Assembly (NCBI GenBank): GCA_012862495.1
Contig: BLSG01000402.1
Location: forward strand, 606,559 to 670,558
From: Thraustochytrium aureum
Taxonomy: Eukaryota
Reading direction: 5' to 3'
Length of the DNA stretch: 64,000 nucleotides
Shown: piece after piece, positions 43,229 through 52,454 of the stretch
How the letters are laid out: every line of letters begins with the position of its first letter
Numbering within the stretch: position 1 is the stretch's first letter
The notes under the pieces: generated by a model
The model's input: the letters and a program-made list of their open reading frames with translations, nothing else
The model's database searches: none
What the model was told of the DNA's origin: nothing
Position numbers and translations under genes: made by a program

Positions 43229-45094
43229 TCACTCAGGCTTGCTGTCGCTCTGCGGGTCGTTGCCCTCCTCGCTGTCGGCATTGGAGGCGGTGCCAGCTTC
43301 GGCCTCGAGAGCCGCCACCGCGCCTTCTCTGTACTCGTCGATACTTATGCCGACCTTAGCAGGCACGGATGCGGCCTCGGCGATCGCAAGGACCGCTTCC
43401 TTCGCTTTTTCTGGGTTGTGCTGGGCCGCCCCAATGACCTCTTGGACCCAGCCCACCTCCACAACCTTCTTGCCCTCGTCCTTGCCAGCTTCTGGGCCGA
43501 GCACCTTGACGGTTCGAAACGTTATTTTCGCCACCGTCCGCCGGAGGAACGCCCGTGCCACCGACCGACGCACCTTCGCGCCAAACTTCGGGAGCTCCTT
43601 TTGCAAGGCAGCAGAGATTTTGCCCGACTCGAGCGCTTCAACGACAAGGTCAAGGAAACGAGCGACGCTTTCCGGATCCTTCTTGGAGCGCGCGGTGTCG
43701 CACAAGCGCCTCTCCGCCTCAAGGAGAACTGTGAAGACCCAACTCAAGTCCTCGCCCTCACTGGTCTCGCGCTCAATACGCACTTGCTCCTCTCTGATTG
43801 CGGGGAGGGCGTCTTGTGGCTTGCTTTCCCGCACCAAAACTGACGCTCTATTTGCTGTTCCAGCGACACTTTCGCGGTTCCGGGCATCTCGAACCCTCGG
43901 GTTTATCGGGGGGGGTTCATCGAGAGATGCGTCTCGGACACGGTCAACGCGTATTTGAACGTGGCACAGCTCGCTGCGGGCACTTCCCGTACGGTCTGTC
44001 TCGAGCAGAATGTCGAGCACGTGCACATCACTTTGCACTCCAGTTGGATTGGGTTGAACGAGGAACTTGACCGTGAACGACTTGGACTCCGACACGCCCA
44101 TGAGCGGAGCCTTCCAAGCTCGCTGGCTCGGGGTGGACTCCTTCAGAAGCGGTTGGAAGGTTCGAGCTAGCTTCTTGCTCAGCTTGATCTCGTCCACGGG
44201 GACGAACCCGGCTGCGGAGTCGGGCACCCGTACAACGAAGCGCGTCTGCGCGTCGCTCGGCGTTTCGGTCACGGCCTTGAGGTCGCCAAAGAGCTCGTCC
44301 TCGTCCGGCGAGTACCTATGTCCTGAAGAAGCGTCCGTCAGCTGCGTGAAGTAATCTTGGATCTCTGTGGTTGGCGCGATTGGAACAAACCCAAATTCGG
44401 GTGAGGGGACCACGTCGAAATCCTCGTATTTTGCTGCAGCAGTGTCCAGTTCGCGCAAGGTCCCATCTGGATCGTTGACCTCACCATCTGTTACGAGGTA
44501 GATTTGGAGGTGAGAGAGCCACCTCTTTGCGTTGCGCTCACGAGCGGCTTCGTCGATTTCGCCTGAGAGGGTGGTGCAGGCTTTGGCCACCTCGCCACTC
44601 AATCGCTCCTCCAGGAGCTTGATCTGCTCAAAGGCCTCTGTGAGACCAGCGATGGCGTCGGTGCTTCCTTCAGCCACGAGACCATCAACGTAGCCCTGGA
44701 GCTGCTGGAGGTTTCCAGGCGTGACGATCTCGAACCCGAAACGCAGAACGGCTTCCTCGGCGAATGCGACGAGACAGACATAGCAGTCTACTGCCTCGTC
44801 TGCAGCCGCTCTGGCGAGCCAGTCGCGCAAAAATTCTTTGGTTCCTTCGATCCTAGGGATCAAGATCTCGTTGCCTGCATCGTCCACCCGGCCACTTGGG
44901 GCCTTAACTTCAGTCATGCTCCAGCTGCAGTCGACCACCCACATGACGGCACGCCGAGGCTTTGGGGCTGGCTGGCGAAACTTGCCCGCTTCGATGGTGA
45001 TGGCCACTTCAATTTCATCGGGGCCAACCGCGCAGGCTCCGTTCCACTCTGCCTCGATCTTGAACAGGTCGTGGCCGTCCACCGCACGCACCAT
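43229..45094 (-). CDS. vWA-domain protein (paralog 1)
   Basis: MIDAS VVDCSWSM, GSTDAIAG, LVTDGE; followed by a beta-rich segment and a helical C-terminus. Confidence 0.85.
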   Translation of the reverse strand: MVRAVDGHDLFKIEAEWNGACAVGPDEIEVAITIEAGKFRQPAPKPRRAVMWVVDCSWSMTEVKAPSGRVDDAGNEILIPRIEGTKEFLRDWLARAAADEAVDCYVCLVAFAEEAVLRFGFEIVTPGNLQQLQGYVDGLVAEGSTDAIAGLTEAFEQIKLLEERLSGEVAKACTTLSGEIDEAARERNAKRWLSHLQIYLVTDGEVNDPDGTLRELDTAAAKYEDFDVVPSPEFGFVPIAPTTEIQDYFTQLTDASSGHRYSPDEDELFGDLKAVTETPSDAQTRFVVRVPDSAAGFVPVDEIKLSKKLARTFQPLLKESTPSQRAWKAPLMGVSESKSFTVKFLVQPNPTGVQSDVHVLDILLETDRTGSARSELCHVQIRVDRVRDASLDEPPPINPRVRDARNRESVAGTANRASVLVRESKPQDALPAIREEQVRIERETSEGEDLSWVFTVLLEAERRLCDTARSKKDPESVARFLDLVVEALESGKISAALQKELPKFGAKVRRSVARAFLRRTVAKITFRTVKVLGPEAGKDEGKKVVEVGWVQEVIGAAQHNPEKAKEAVLAIAEAASVPAKVGISIDEYREGAVAALEAEAGTASNADSEEGNDPQSDSKPE

Positions 45095-45850
45095 TTTCCC
45101 AGCGTCCTTGGCTTTTTCCAGCTATCGCGCGCCTGGCTCCGTCTTCTCGTCCAAGCTGTGGGTGTTCTTCCAGACCGACCTGTGGTCTTTTGGGGTCTGT
45201 TGCTACTCGTCGCGGAGCCGCTCGGCGCTTCACGCCAAGGTCGCACGACACGACTCGGAGGGCACAAGACCGACGACTGCCCGAATCCGCCCTGCGAGGG
45301 TGTGTGCTGCAATTGTGTCGGAGGGAGGAGGGTGGATCGCCTCGCAGCGCAACACGCCAATCCTCACCGGCTGGCGGGGTTGCGTCACTGGCAACTAGAG
45401 TACTTACTCGGTCGCCTCAGCGGCGCAAGTGCGGGTTGCCACGCGCGTTGCGCAAGCCCTGATGAGTGGAGAACAGCTCCGATCTCCTCCCGATCCGTGT
45501 CACTGGCTGGCTGCCTCATGAACAACCCAACCGGGCTGGGTTGCGCCAGAGGCTCTCCTGGCTCCCGTACTAGTAGTTGAAAGGAGGAGAAGGCAAGGGT
45601 GCGCGGGAGAAGCGCATGATTTGGGAGGGTGTGCGCGTCGGTCGAACACTGGCAACCAATCGGTCACGTGCCGCCTTGAGGAGGCCTGCTCAGGGAGAAT
45701 TGAGCTGCATCTCAGGCTGAGGCGGCAGGCAAGAGAATTGGCAGGCAGGATGAGAACTCATCAGTCGCGTTAGTAGTTCTTTAGGAGAGACTCATCAGGC
45801 AGAGGCGGCCTCCGCCGCGCCCTCCCTGCAGCTGCGGGCGGCGCTTGTAG

Positions 45851-47764
45851 CTAGGCGGGCTCGCCCCCGCCCAGTCCTTCGTCGTGGGCGTCCTCGGCCT
45901 CCGACTCTGCAGGGTCTGGAGCGCTCTGCGCTGCGTCCGCCTCCCCGTCCGCAAACTTGGCGATCTCTTCCTTCACCGCAGGAAAGATCGAAACGTCTTC
46001 TTCAATCAGCTCAACCAGCTTGTCCTTTGCGTGGCCAGGCCTGTGTCTGGCCGCTCCGCCCACCTCGTGAACCCACCCCGGCGAGACACGCTTTGTACTT
46101 TCCTCGCTTCCCGCGTCCTTTCCAGAGCCCTTGCCCTTGCCTTTGCCCGCCCCCTGCTGGAAGAATTGTTTGGCGGGGTCGGTAACCAGCCGCTTGAGCC
46201 ACGCCCGTGCAACGGATCGCCGCATTGTCGCTCCAACCTTTGGCAGTTCCTCCTGAAGCGAGGCTGAGACCTTGCCCGACTCTAGCGCTTCGACCACAAG
46301 GTCAAGAAACCGGGCGACGGCCTCGGCGTCTCGCTTGGAGCGCACGGTATCGCGCAGACGCCTCTCCGCCTCTACGAGAACGTTGAAAACCCAGCTCAGG
46401 GCCTTGCCTTCTTCAGTCTCGCCCTCGATGCGCTCTTGCTCGGCTCGGATGTCACCCATAGCTTCGACCACCCTCTCGTTGTTTTGGCTTCTGACCTTCT
46501 TCGATGCTTCGGACGCCGTGCCCGCGACCTTTTCGTGGTCTTCGATCTCTTTGACGTCGGGGTTCACAGCTGCAGGCTCATCAAGGACGCGATCGAGGAG
46601 GATTTGCACTCTGCACTCGTCACTTCGACCAAACCCCGAACGATCAGTCTCAAGAACGATGTCGAGAACGTGCACATTCCTCTGCTTGCCAGTTGGACTG
46701 GCATTCAGAACGAGCTTGATCGTGAACGCTTTGGTTTCAGAGATGCTCATTCGAGGGACTGCCCACCCTCGCTGGCTCGACGTGGACGCGTTTTGCAGCG
46801 GTTTGAAAGTTCGGGCTCGGCTCCTGTTCAGGCATATCTTTTCCACAGGGACGACTTGAGATTCTCCGTCGGGCACTCTGAGAATAAGGCGAACCCCTAA
46901 GTCAGTTGAAGCGATTGGAACCTCCTTGAGATCACCGAAAACGCGCTTGCCACCTGGCAAGTGCACTTGCCCATGGCATGCTTTGGCCATTCTCCGAAAC
47001 GTGTCTTTCATCTGCTCCATTTCTGGGGTTGTCGAGTCGATCGGATGGAACGGAACGAAACGAATGTCAAGGTGCTGGATCACTTTGAAGTCCTTGAACC
47101 TTGCAGGGGCACTCGCCAGTTTGGCTGTGGTTTCGGCTTCATCGTGGAGCAAGCCGTCGGTGACGAGGTAGAGACAAAGGTCTGCGAGACGGGTATTTGT
47201 GAGGCGACTGCAAGTGCTGTCGTCAATCACTCCGGGGCCCGAATCAGTGGCTCTGGCGCTGACCACCTCACCAAGTAGCTGTTCCTCCAAGAGCTCAATC
47301 TGCTCGAAGGCCTTGGAAATGCCTGGACAAGCGTACGTTTGGTCGTCTGCTTCCAAGTTTTCCACCTGAGTCTTTAGACCCTCGAGCGTCTCACTGGAAA
47401 GGACCGTAAATCCGAAACGGAGCTTCGCTACGGTGGAAAACGAGATCAAGCTCACGTAAAAGTCTGTTGACTTGTCTGCAGCCTTTTCGGTGAGCCAGTC
47501 CTTCACGAAAAGCTTGGCCTTGGCGATTCTAGAAGTCATAATAATGTTGCCCTGCTTGTCCGGGCTCTTGAGGTCACGCTCAGCCATGCTCCCGCTAACG
47601 TCAACGAGCCAAACCACGGCACGCCGAGGCTTCGGGGCGGGTTGGCGGTACTTGCCGGCTTCGATCGTAACAGCCACTTCGATCTCATCCGGGCCGTCCA
47701 GGCACTTTCTGTTCCACTTCGCCTCAAGTTTGAACAGGTCGTTGCCACTCACTGCCCTCGCCAT
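45851..47764 (-). CDS. vWA-domain protein (paralog 2, tandem duplicate of paralog 1)
   Basis: MIDAS LVDVSGSM, LVTDG; shared blocks GPDEIEVA.TIEAGK.RQPAPKPRRAV, HVLDI.LETDR, LSWVF.VL.EAERRL, VARFLDLVVEALESGK. Confidence 0.87.
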   Translation of the reverse strand: MARAVSGNDLFKLEAKWNRKCLDGPDEIEVAVTIEAGKYRQPAPKPRRAVVWLVDVSGSMAERDLKSPDKQGNIIMTSRIAKAKLFVKDWLTEKAADKSTDFYVSLISFSTVAKLRFGFTVLSSETLEGLKTQVENLEADDQTYACPGISKAFEQIELLEEQLLGEVVSARATDSGPGVIDDSTCSRLTNTRLADLCLYLVTDGLLHDEAETTAKLASAPARFKDFKVIQHLDIRFVPFHPIDSTTPEMEQMKDTFRRMAKACHGQVHLPGGKRVFGDLKEVPIASTDLGVRLILRVPDGESQVVPVEKICLNRSRARTFKPLQNASTSSQRGWAVPRMSISETKAFTIKLVLNASPTGKQRNVHVLDIVLETDRSGFGRSDECRVQILLDRVLDEPAAVNPDVKEIEDHEKVAGTASEASKKVRSQNNERVVEAMGDIRAEQERIEGETEEGKALSWVFNVLVEAERRLRDTVRSKRDAEAVARFLDLVVEALESGKVSASLQEELPKVGATMRRSVARAWLKRLVTDPAKQFFQQGAGKGKGKGSGKDAGSEESTKRVSPGWVHEVGGAARHRPGHAKDKLVELIEEDVSIFPAVKEEIAKFADGEADAAQSAPDPAESEAEDAHDEGLGGGEPA

Positions 47765-48606
47765 CGTGTCTCGCTTGTTGCGTCCTGCTTGCTCTACCCT
47801 GCTGGCTTTGCCGTGCTCTGCTCGCCCAGCTCTGCTTGGCAGCGCTGTGAACGTCTCCTCCGTTCTGGATCTGCCTGAATGGGTGCAGCAAGGACGTCAG
47901 ATTCTTCGGTTGCTTCCAGTCAGAGGCACGAATGGTGCCTCTAGAGCTAGCAGCAAGGAGGATCTAGCACAGGATCCTCTGGCAGCGTCGAAAATCGCTG
48001 ATGAGCGGACTTGCCTTTCCGCCAGTCGGGCCTGTCTTCGCAAATCTTTGCTAAAGCGCATGGGCCGCAAGCAGAGTCTCATCATAATTCACATCACAGG
48101 GAATCCTTGCCCAGTGCAGCTCCCCCCGGGCCTCACGAGCCCACGTGCCGGTGTGCAAGCTCACTTTGGACGACAGCAAGAGAAGGACCGCCTCGTGAGC
48201 CCGACCGGCATTCCACCGGTTGTCGCCGACGGTTGTTGGTGATGACGAACATCATTCATCATGATGTGAATGGCGAGAGTGAGCGTTTGCCGACGGACGG
48301 CGGCGCGTGACCACAAATCATCACAACATGCAGCACGTGAACGGCGTGACGTCGGCACGTGAACTGAAGCCGAGCAGGCGCTCCGCTCCGATTCGCCCTA
48401 CCATTCCTTCGCACTCGCGTGTGCACTCGGGGTGTGCATGCGCAGGGGTGTGCGACTACAAGAGCGCATGAACGAGCGCCCGTGATGATGATCGAGTACG
48501 GTGGATCCGCCTTACCGGACGCGGCATCGCGCCGGCGTGTGGAGAGCCAAGGCAAGCAAGGCAGCACCAAGGCAGCAGAGGCAATCAGCAGAAGGAGCTC
48601 GGGAGT

Positions 48607-49602
48607 ATGGGCGAAGAAGCGCTGAGGCTCGAGGTTGGTGACGCCGTGGGCGTGTGGAACGACGTGGCCGGGTTTGAGGATGCCAAAGTCGTGCGGATTG
48701 GGCCTGGCGACGGCCAACTCGTTGTCAAGGCAAAGCGCGGAGGCGGGAACAGGAGACTCGACCTGGCTGTGCGCGCCGACAGGGACTGCGTCGATTGGGC
48801 TGGCGTGACCGCGGCTCAGCCACTCTCGACGGCGGGCGCTGCCTGGACAAAGGTTCTCGGACTGGTCAGCAGCGCGCTGGCCTATCTGCGGCTCTGGCTC
48901 ATCAAAGAGCAGCGCAAAGTGGTATTTGCCAACGCCCGCACTCGTGCGCCGGCGTATATGGACGTTCTCGACATGTCGGAGCCGTACGTGCACGCTACGA
49001 AAACAGACGCGCCAAGTACTCCAGAGCCTGAGACGAGCGGTCCAGACGTCAGCGATTCAGAAGATGACGAGAGCGGCGCGGAGTTTGGCGTCGAGTCGGG
49101 CGAGGTGGAACTCGAGACCCGGTATGACGCGGCGCGTCAGCTTGCTGCGGCTTCTCCCGCCCTGCGCACGGAGGGCGCCAGATTTAGCGCACCTGCAGTC
49201 ATCCCCACGCCGCCCGAAAGGGGCTGGCGCTGGCGGCCAGCGGAGGTCCGGTTTGACCTGATCAGCGACGACGGCCGCGAACTTATCCACTGCAGGTACT
49301 TGGACGAGGCAGGTGGCGAGACTGCACTTCATGTCGATGAGGCGAACCGGCTCGCAAAGTACCAGTCCAAGTCGCGGCCCGGCCAGCGCCAGCATGCGCT
49401 TGCCACAGAATCCGTGGTTTCGGTGCGGTGGTTTCGAGCTGCGGAGGGCAAACTCTGGTCTGGCTGGGCGCCCGGCGCAGTGCTCGCAGCGACTGATTAC
49501 TTTTGCTTTGTCGAGGCCATTATTGAGGGCTTTGGCGATGGCCCGACCGTCCAGCGAACCTGGCTCCATGTTCTGGAGGATGCAGATAGACTCAACTACT
49601 AG
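48607..49602 (+). CDS. Hypothetical protein with putative Tudor/Agenet (SH3-like) repeats
   Basis: LEVGDAVGVW..FEDAKVVRI, WRPAEV...IHCRYLD, VSVRW...WAPGAVL resemble Tudor-like beta barrels. Confidence 0.55.
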   Translation: MGEEALRLEVGDAVGVWNDVAGFEDAKVVRIGPGDGQLVVKAKRGGGNRRLDLAVRADRDCVDWAGVTAAQPLSTAGAAWTKVLGLVSSALAYLRLWLIKEQRKVVFANARTRAPAYMDVLDMSEPYVHATKTDAPSTPEPETSGPDVSDSEDDESGAEFGVESGEVELETRYDAARQLAAASPALRTEGARFSAPAVIPTPPERGWRWRPAEVRFDLISDDGRELIHCRYLDEAGGETALHVDEANRLAKYQSKSRPGQRQHALATESVVSVRWFRAAEGKLWSGWAPGAVLAATDYFCFVEAIIEGFGDGPTVQRTWLHVLEDADRLNY

Positions 49603-49732
49603 CTCGCTCAAGCTAGTAGCGAGCTCGACAGAGCGAGGCCAGTTTGGCCGCTCACTTCGTGCGGGGCAAAGAACAGCACAATCCTGGTGGCTAGCTCATG
49701 GGAGTTGATTTTTATGTTCAAAAAAAGTGGGA

Positions 49733-51724
49733 TTAGAAAGGCCAGAGGTTCTTGAACAGGCCGCCGAAAATGCCACTGGCGGGTTCTTCGTCTGTGTCGC
49801 TTGTCCCATCGCCTCCAGAGCCCTCCACCCTGTCCGGCGACCCAAGGCTTTGCGTCGAAGCCGCTCTTTCGGCATGGGCGGGCTGTGAGCTCATGCTGGT
49901 CGAAGTCCTCCGACCCGACGAAACGCGTCGAATGACTGCACTGGCCACGTTGCCAACAGTTGACCGTCGTCTGGGTGCGCCCACTGATGCATTTCTCAGG
50001 GCGTTGTCGGAGAGACGTCGCTCCCCAGACGACTCCTCTTGCTCAGAATCAGCCTCCAGAACTCTCGCCATCTCGAACTCCTCAATCCTCCTCCGGACGT
50101 TGACCTCTCTCATGGCCTCTTGGATCTCTTTCTGCTTTTCAAGAAGGATCACGCGGAGTCGCGCTTTTGTCCCCGGATCCGCTTTGAACGAGCCGTCTTC
50201 AATCGCGACGAGCAGGTTGGCGATGAACTCGCTCGTTGAGGTACCGAAGGACATGGCTACCACAGACAAAGTGGTCATGGTTGCTACTCCGTGCAGCAGT
50301 GTATACGCGACATCGCGCAGAGCGATGTCCAACTTTTGAAGCCATAGCTCTGTATCGCCCCCCTGCACGGCAGCAGCTTGGACAGTTCTCACCAACTTCT
50401 GAACCTCCTTCAGCTGGAGGATTGCTGCTTTCTTGCAAAATGGCTTGCCCACTAGGCGCCTTTTCATAGTCCCCTCGACGACCTCGGCGACCTCGGCGAT
50501 CGCTCGCACAGCATGCTCTCGGCGGGAGCTGTTGTCGTCATGCGGTTCACGGACGATCAGTTCCTTTCGCAGCGCTGTGATCTTTCTGGCGGCAACAAAG
50601 CGCGTGTCGTGAGCCTCGGCCTTGTTGTGCAGGATGTGATCTCTGTCGGTTTCTACTGGGCTTTTGGTGCGCGGAACGCTCAAAACGCGTCTCTGGGGGA
50701 GTCGGCCAGGAATGCCGCCGCTGTACTCGAACGTGACCAGGTCCTGTCGCTTGGCAGCTCCTGGTTGGACGATGAGTGGCAGGGTGAACGTCAACTCCTT
50801 GCTTGCAGAGAAATTTCCCCAGGTGTACTTGAAAACACGACCTTTTTCGATCTCCTCCGGGTGAAAGCCGCAAGCAAAATCTTTCGGTCTCGGCGAAAAC
50901 CTTTTCGACTCTGCATCGATGGTTACGCCCTCTGCGGCGGTCACGGTCATGATGATCGGCTTGATGTCCAACGCCTCTCTGCTTTGCTCCCAAGCGAGGG
51001 CAAGTGCCAACGATGCCATGCCGACCTGGTCGTCAGCATCCAGCAAGTCAGTTGGGCAAGTAGGGTCTCCGCTTTTGGCAATCTCCGTCGCGAGAGTCTC
51101 AAGCGCCTCTGTATCGGCTTCCTCCCCGATGGCAAGAACCCAGAGTGTGGGGCAGTGCGCGAGCTCCGCATTGTCGGAGCGCTCAGAAATCATGTCGTTG
51201 ACTTTGTCGGCTAGCTCGGCCATGTTCCTCTCCCCGCGATTCACGTAGCCGTCACAGGCCAGGAAAATCGCCGGGTTCGGCCAGGACTCTTGCAGCTTGG
51301 TCAGCTCCTCGATGGCCAACGTGAGGCCAGCTTCGACGTTCGTGACTCCTGAGCAAGGGAGCGAGTGCGGGTTCTGGAGGACCTCCTTCCATCGTTGCTT
51401 GTTTTGACTGGTTGCGTGCTCGAAAGGGATGACCACGGAAGCGCTGGTGCTAAATCGGATCAGTGAAAAGCGGTCGCCTTCAGTCATGCAGTCCAAGAAA
51501 GAGGCCATGGCTTGCACCATGCTGGTGATTCGGGTCGCCGTCCCGTCGACCATACCAGCCATACTTCCGCTTGTGTCGAGCACGACGCAAAAGTCGGTGC
51601 CCTTCGACGCGTACTCGGCAACCTCTTTTGACACTTTCATCGTGCCGACGACTCTGATTTCCTCTTCGTCGCACGAAATCGTCCCTCGCGACAGCAGTGG
51701 TTGGACCTGCACGGGGAGCTCCAT
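49733..51724 (-). CDS. vWA-domain protein (paralog 3, divergent)
   Basis: DFCVVLDTSGSM, DRFSLIRFST, GVTNVEAGL, IFLACDGYVNRG, LAIG. Confidence 0.87.
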   Translation of the reverse strand: MELPVQVQPLLSRGTISCDEEEIRVVGTMKVSKEVAEYASKGTDFCVVLDTSGSMAGMVDGTATRITSMVQAMASFLDCMTEGDRFSLIRFSTSASVVIPFEHATSQNKQRWKEVLQNPHSLPCSGVTNVEAGLTLAIEELTKLQESWPNPAIFLACDGYVNRGERNMAELADKVNDMISERSDNAELAHCPTLWVLAIGEEADTEALETLATEIAKSGDPTCPTDLLDADDQVGMASLALALAWEQSREALDIKPIIMTVTAAEGVTIDAESKRFSPRPKDFACGFHPEEIEKGRVFKYTWGNFSASKELTFTLPLIVQPGAAKRQDLVTFEYSGGIPGRLPQRRVLSVPRTKSPVETDRDHILHNKAEAHDTRFVAARKITALRKELIVREPHDDNSSRREHAVRAIAEVAEVVEGTMKRRLVGKPFCKKAAILQLKEVQKLVRTVQAAAVQGGDTELWLQKLDIALRDVAYTLLHGVATMTTLSVVAMSFGTSTSEFIANLLVAIEDGSFKADPGTKARLRVILLEKQKEIQEAMREVNVRRRIEEFEMARVLEADSEQEESSGERRLSDNALRNASVGAPRRRSTVGNVASAVIRRVSSGRRTSTSMSSQPAHAERAASTQSLGSPDRVEGSGGDGTSDTDEEPASGIFGGLFKNLWPF

Positions 51725-51749
51725 CTCGCTGTGTCCAGAGGTTTGCTCG

Positions 51750-51933
51750 GCTTGCTGGTGCTGCTGGCGTATGTTGGTGCTGCTGGTGCTGCTGGCGTAT
51801 GTTGGTGCTGCTGGTGCTGCTGGCGTATGTTGGTGCTACTAGAGCTGCTAGTGCTGCTGGTGCTGCTAGAGCTGCTGGTGCTGCTGGTGCTGCTAGTGCT
51901 GCTGGTAGACTGCTGGTGCTGCTTGCACTGCTG
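51750..51933. repeat. CTG/GTG-based compound repeat (GCTGCTGGT; GCTGCTGGCGTATGTTGGT) immediately upstream of vWA paralog 3
   Basis: Direct reading. Confidence 0.9.
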
Positions 51934-52454
51934 GAGCTCGAATCCTTTCGGGAACTGCATGGCAACGTCTGGCTGGGCGTCGGTGCCACGCGGTCCGGTA
52001 GTATTCACATGAGCTCTTCGTGTCTTCTCAAGTGAAATCAAGATGAAAGCAAGGAAGGAACGACTCGGAGTAGGTAAAAGTTGCGCTTGTTCAAGCAAAA
52101 AGGTAGGTACTAGTAGGGAGTACTCTACCGGTCCTCTGCCGGCCGCGCACCGGTCGTGAGGGCATTCGCCTTTCCTCAGAACAGAAAACGGTGTGCGACA
52201 GATCCAGACTCTGCTGATGTGAGAGCGCAACCCAGGCCAGTGATCATGATGGATGACGCACGACCGACAAGCCGCCGCCTCGTCGTGGCCTTCGTGGCGA
52301 GAGCCGCGTGTGGCTCGTTCTCGACAGAACCCAAGGGTGACGGGCAAACCGAGTAAGCGACCAGCCGCCGAGCGGCTCGTGGCAGGACCTGGGTGGCGTG
52401 GGGACGCGCGCCTGCGTTTCAAGGCGTCAGAGCAGCGGGCTCGGCACGGTTGAG

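Noticed and set aside
45459..48030. Several CTGATGAG words (45460, 45757, 45791, 47998) suggesting hammerhead ribozyme cores
   Set aside because: None is followed by stem II plus the required GAAA; no closing stems found
48238..48368. TGATGA ... CTGA pair suggesting a C/D box snoRNA
   Set aside because: No terminal stem or recognisable rRNA guide; more simply promoter DNA between divergent genes
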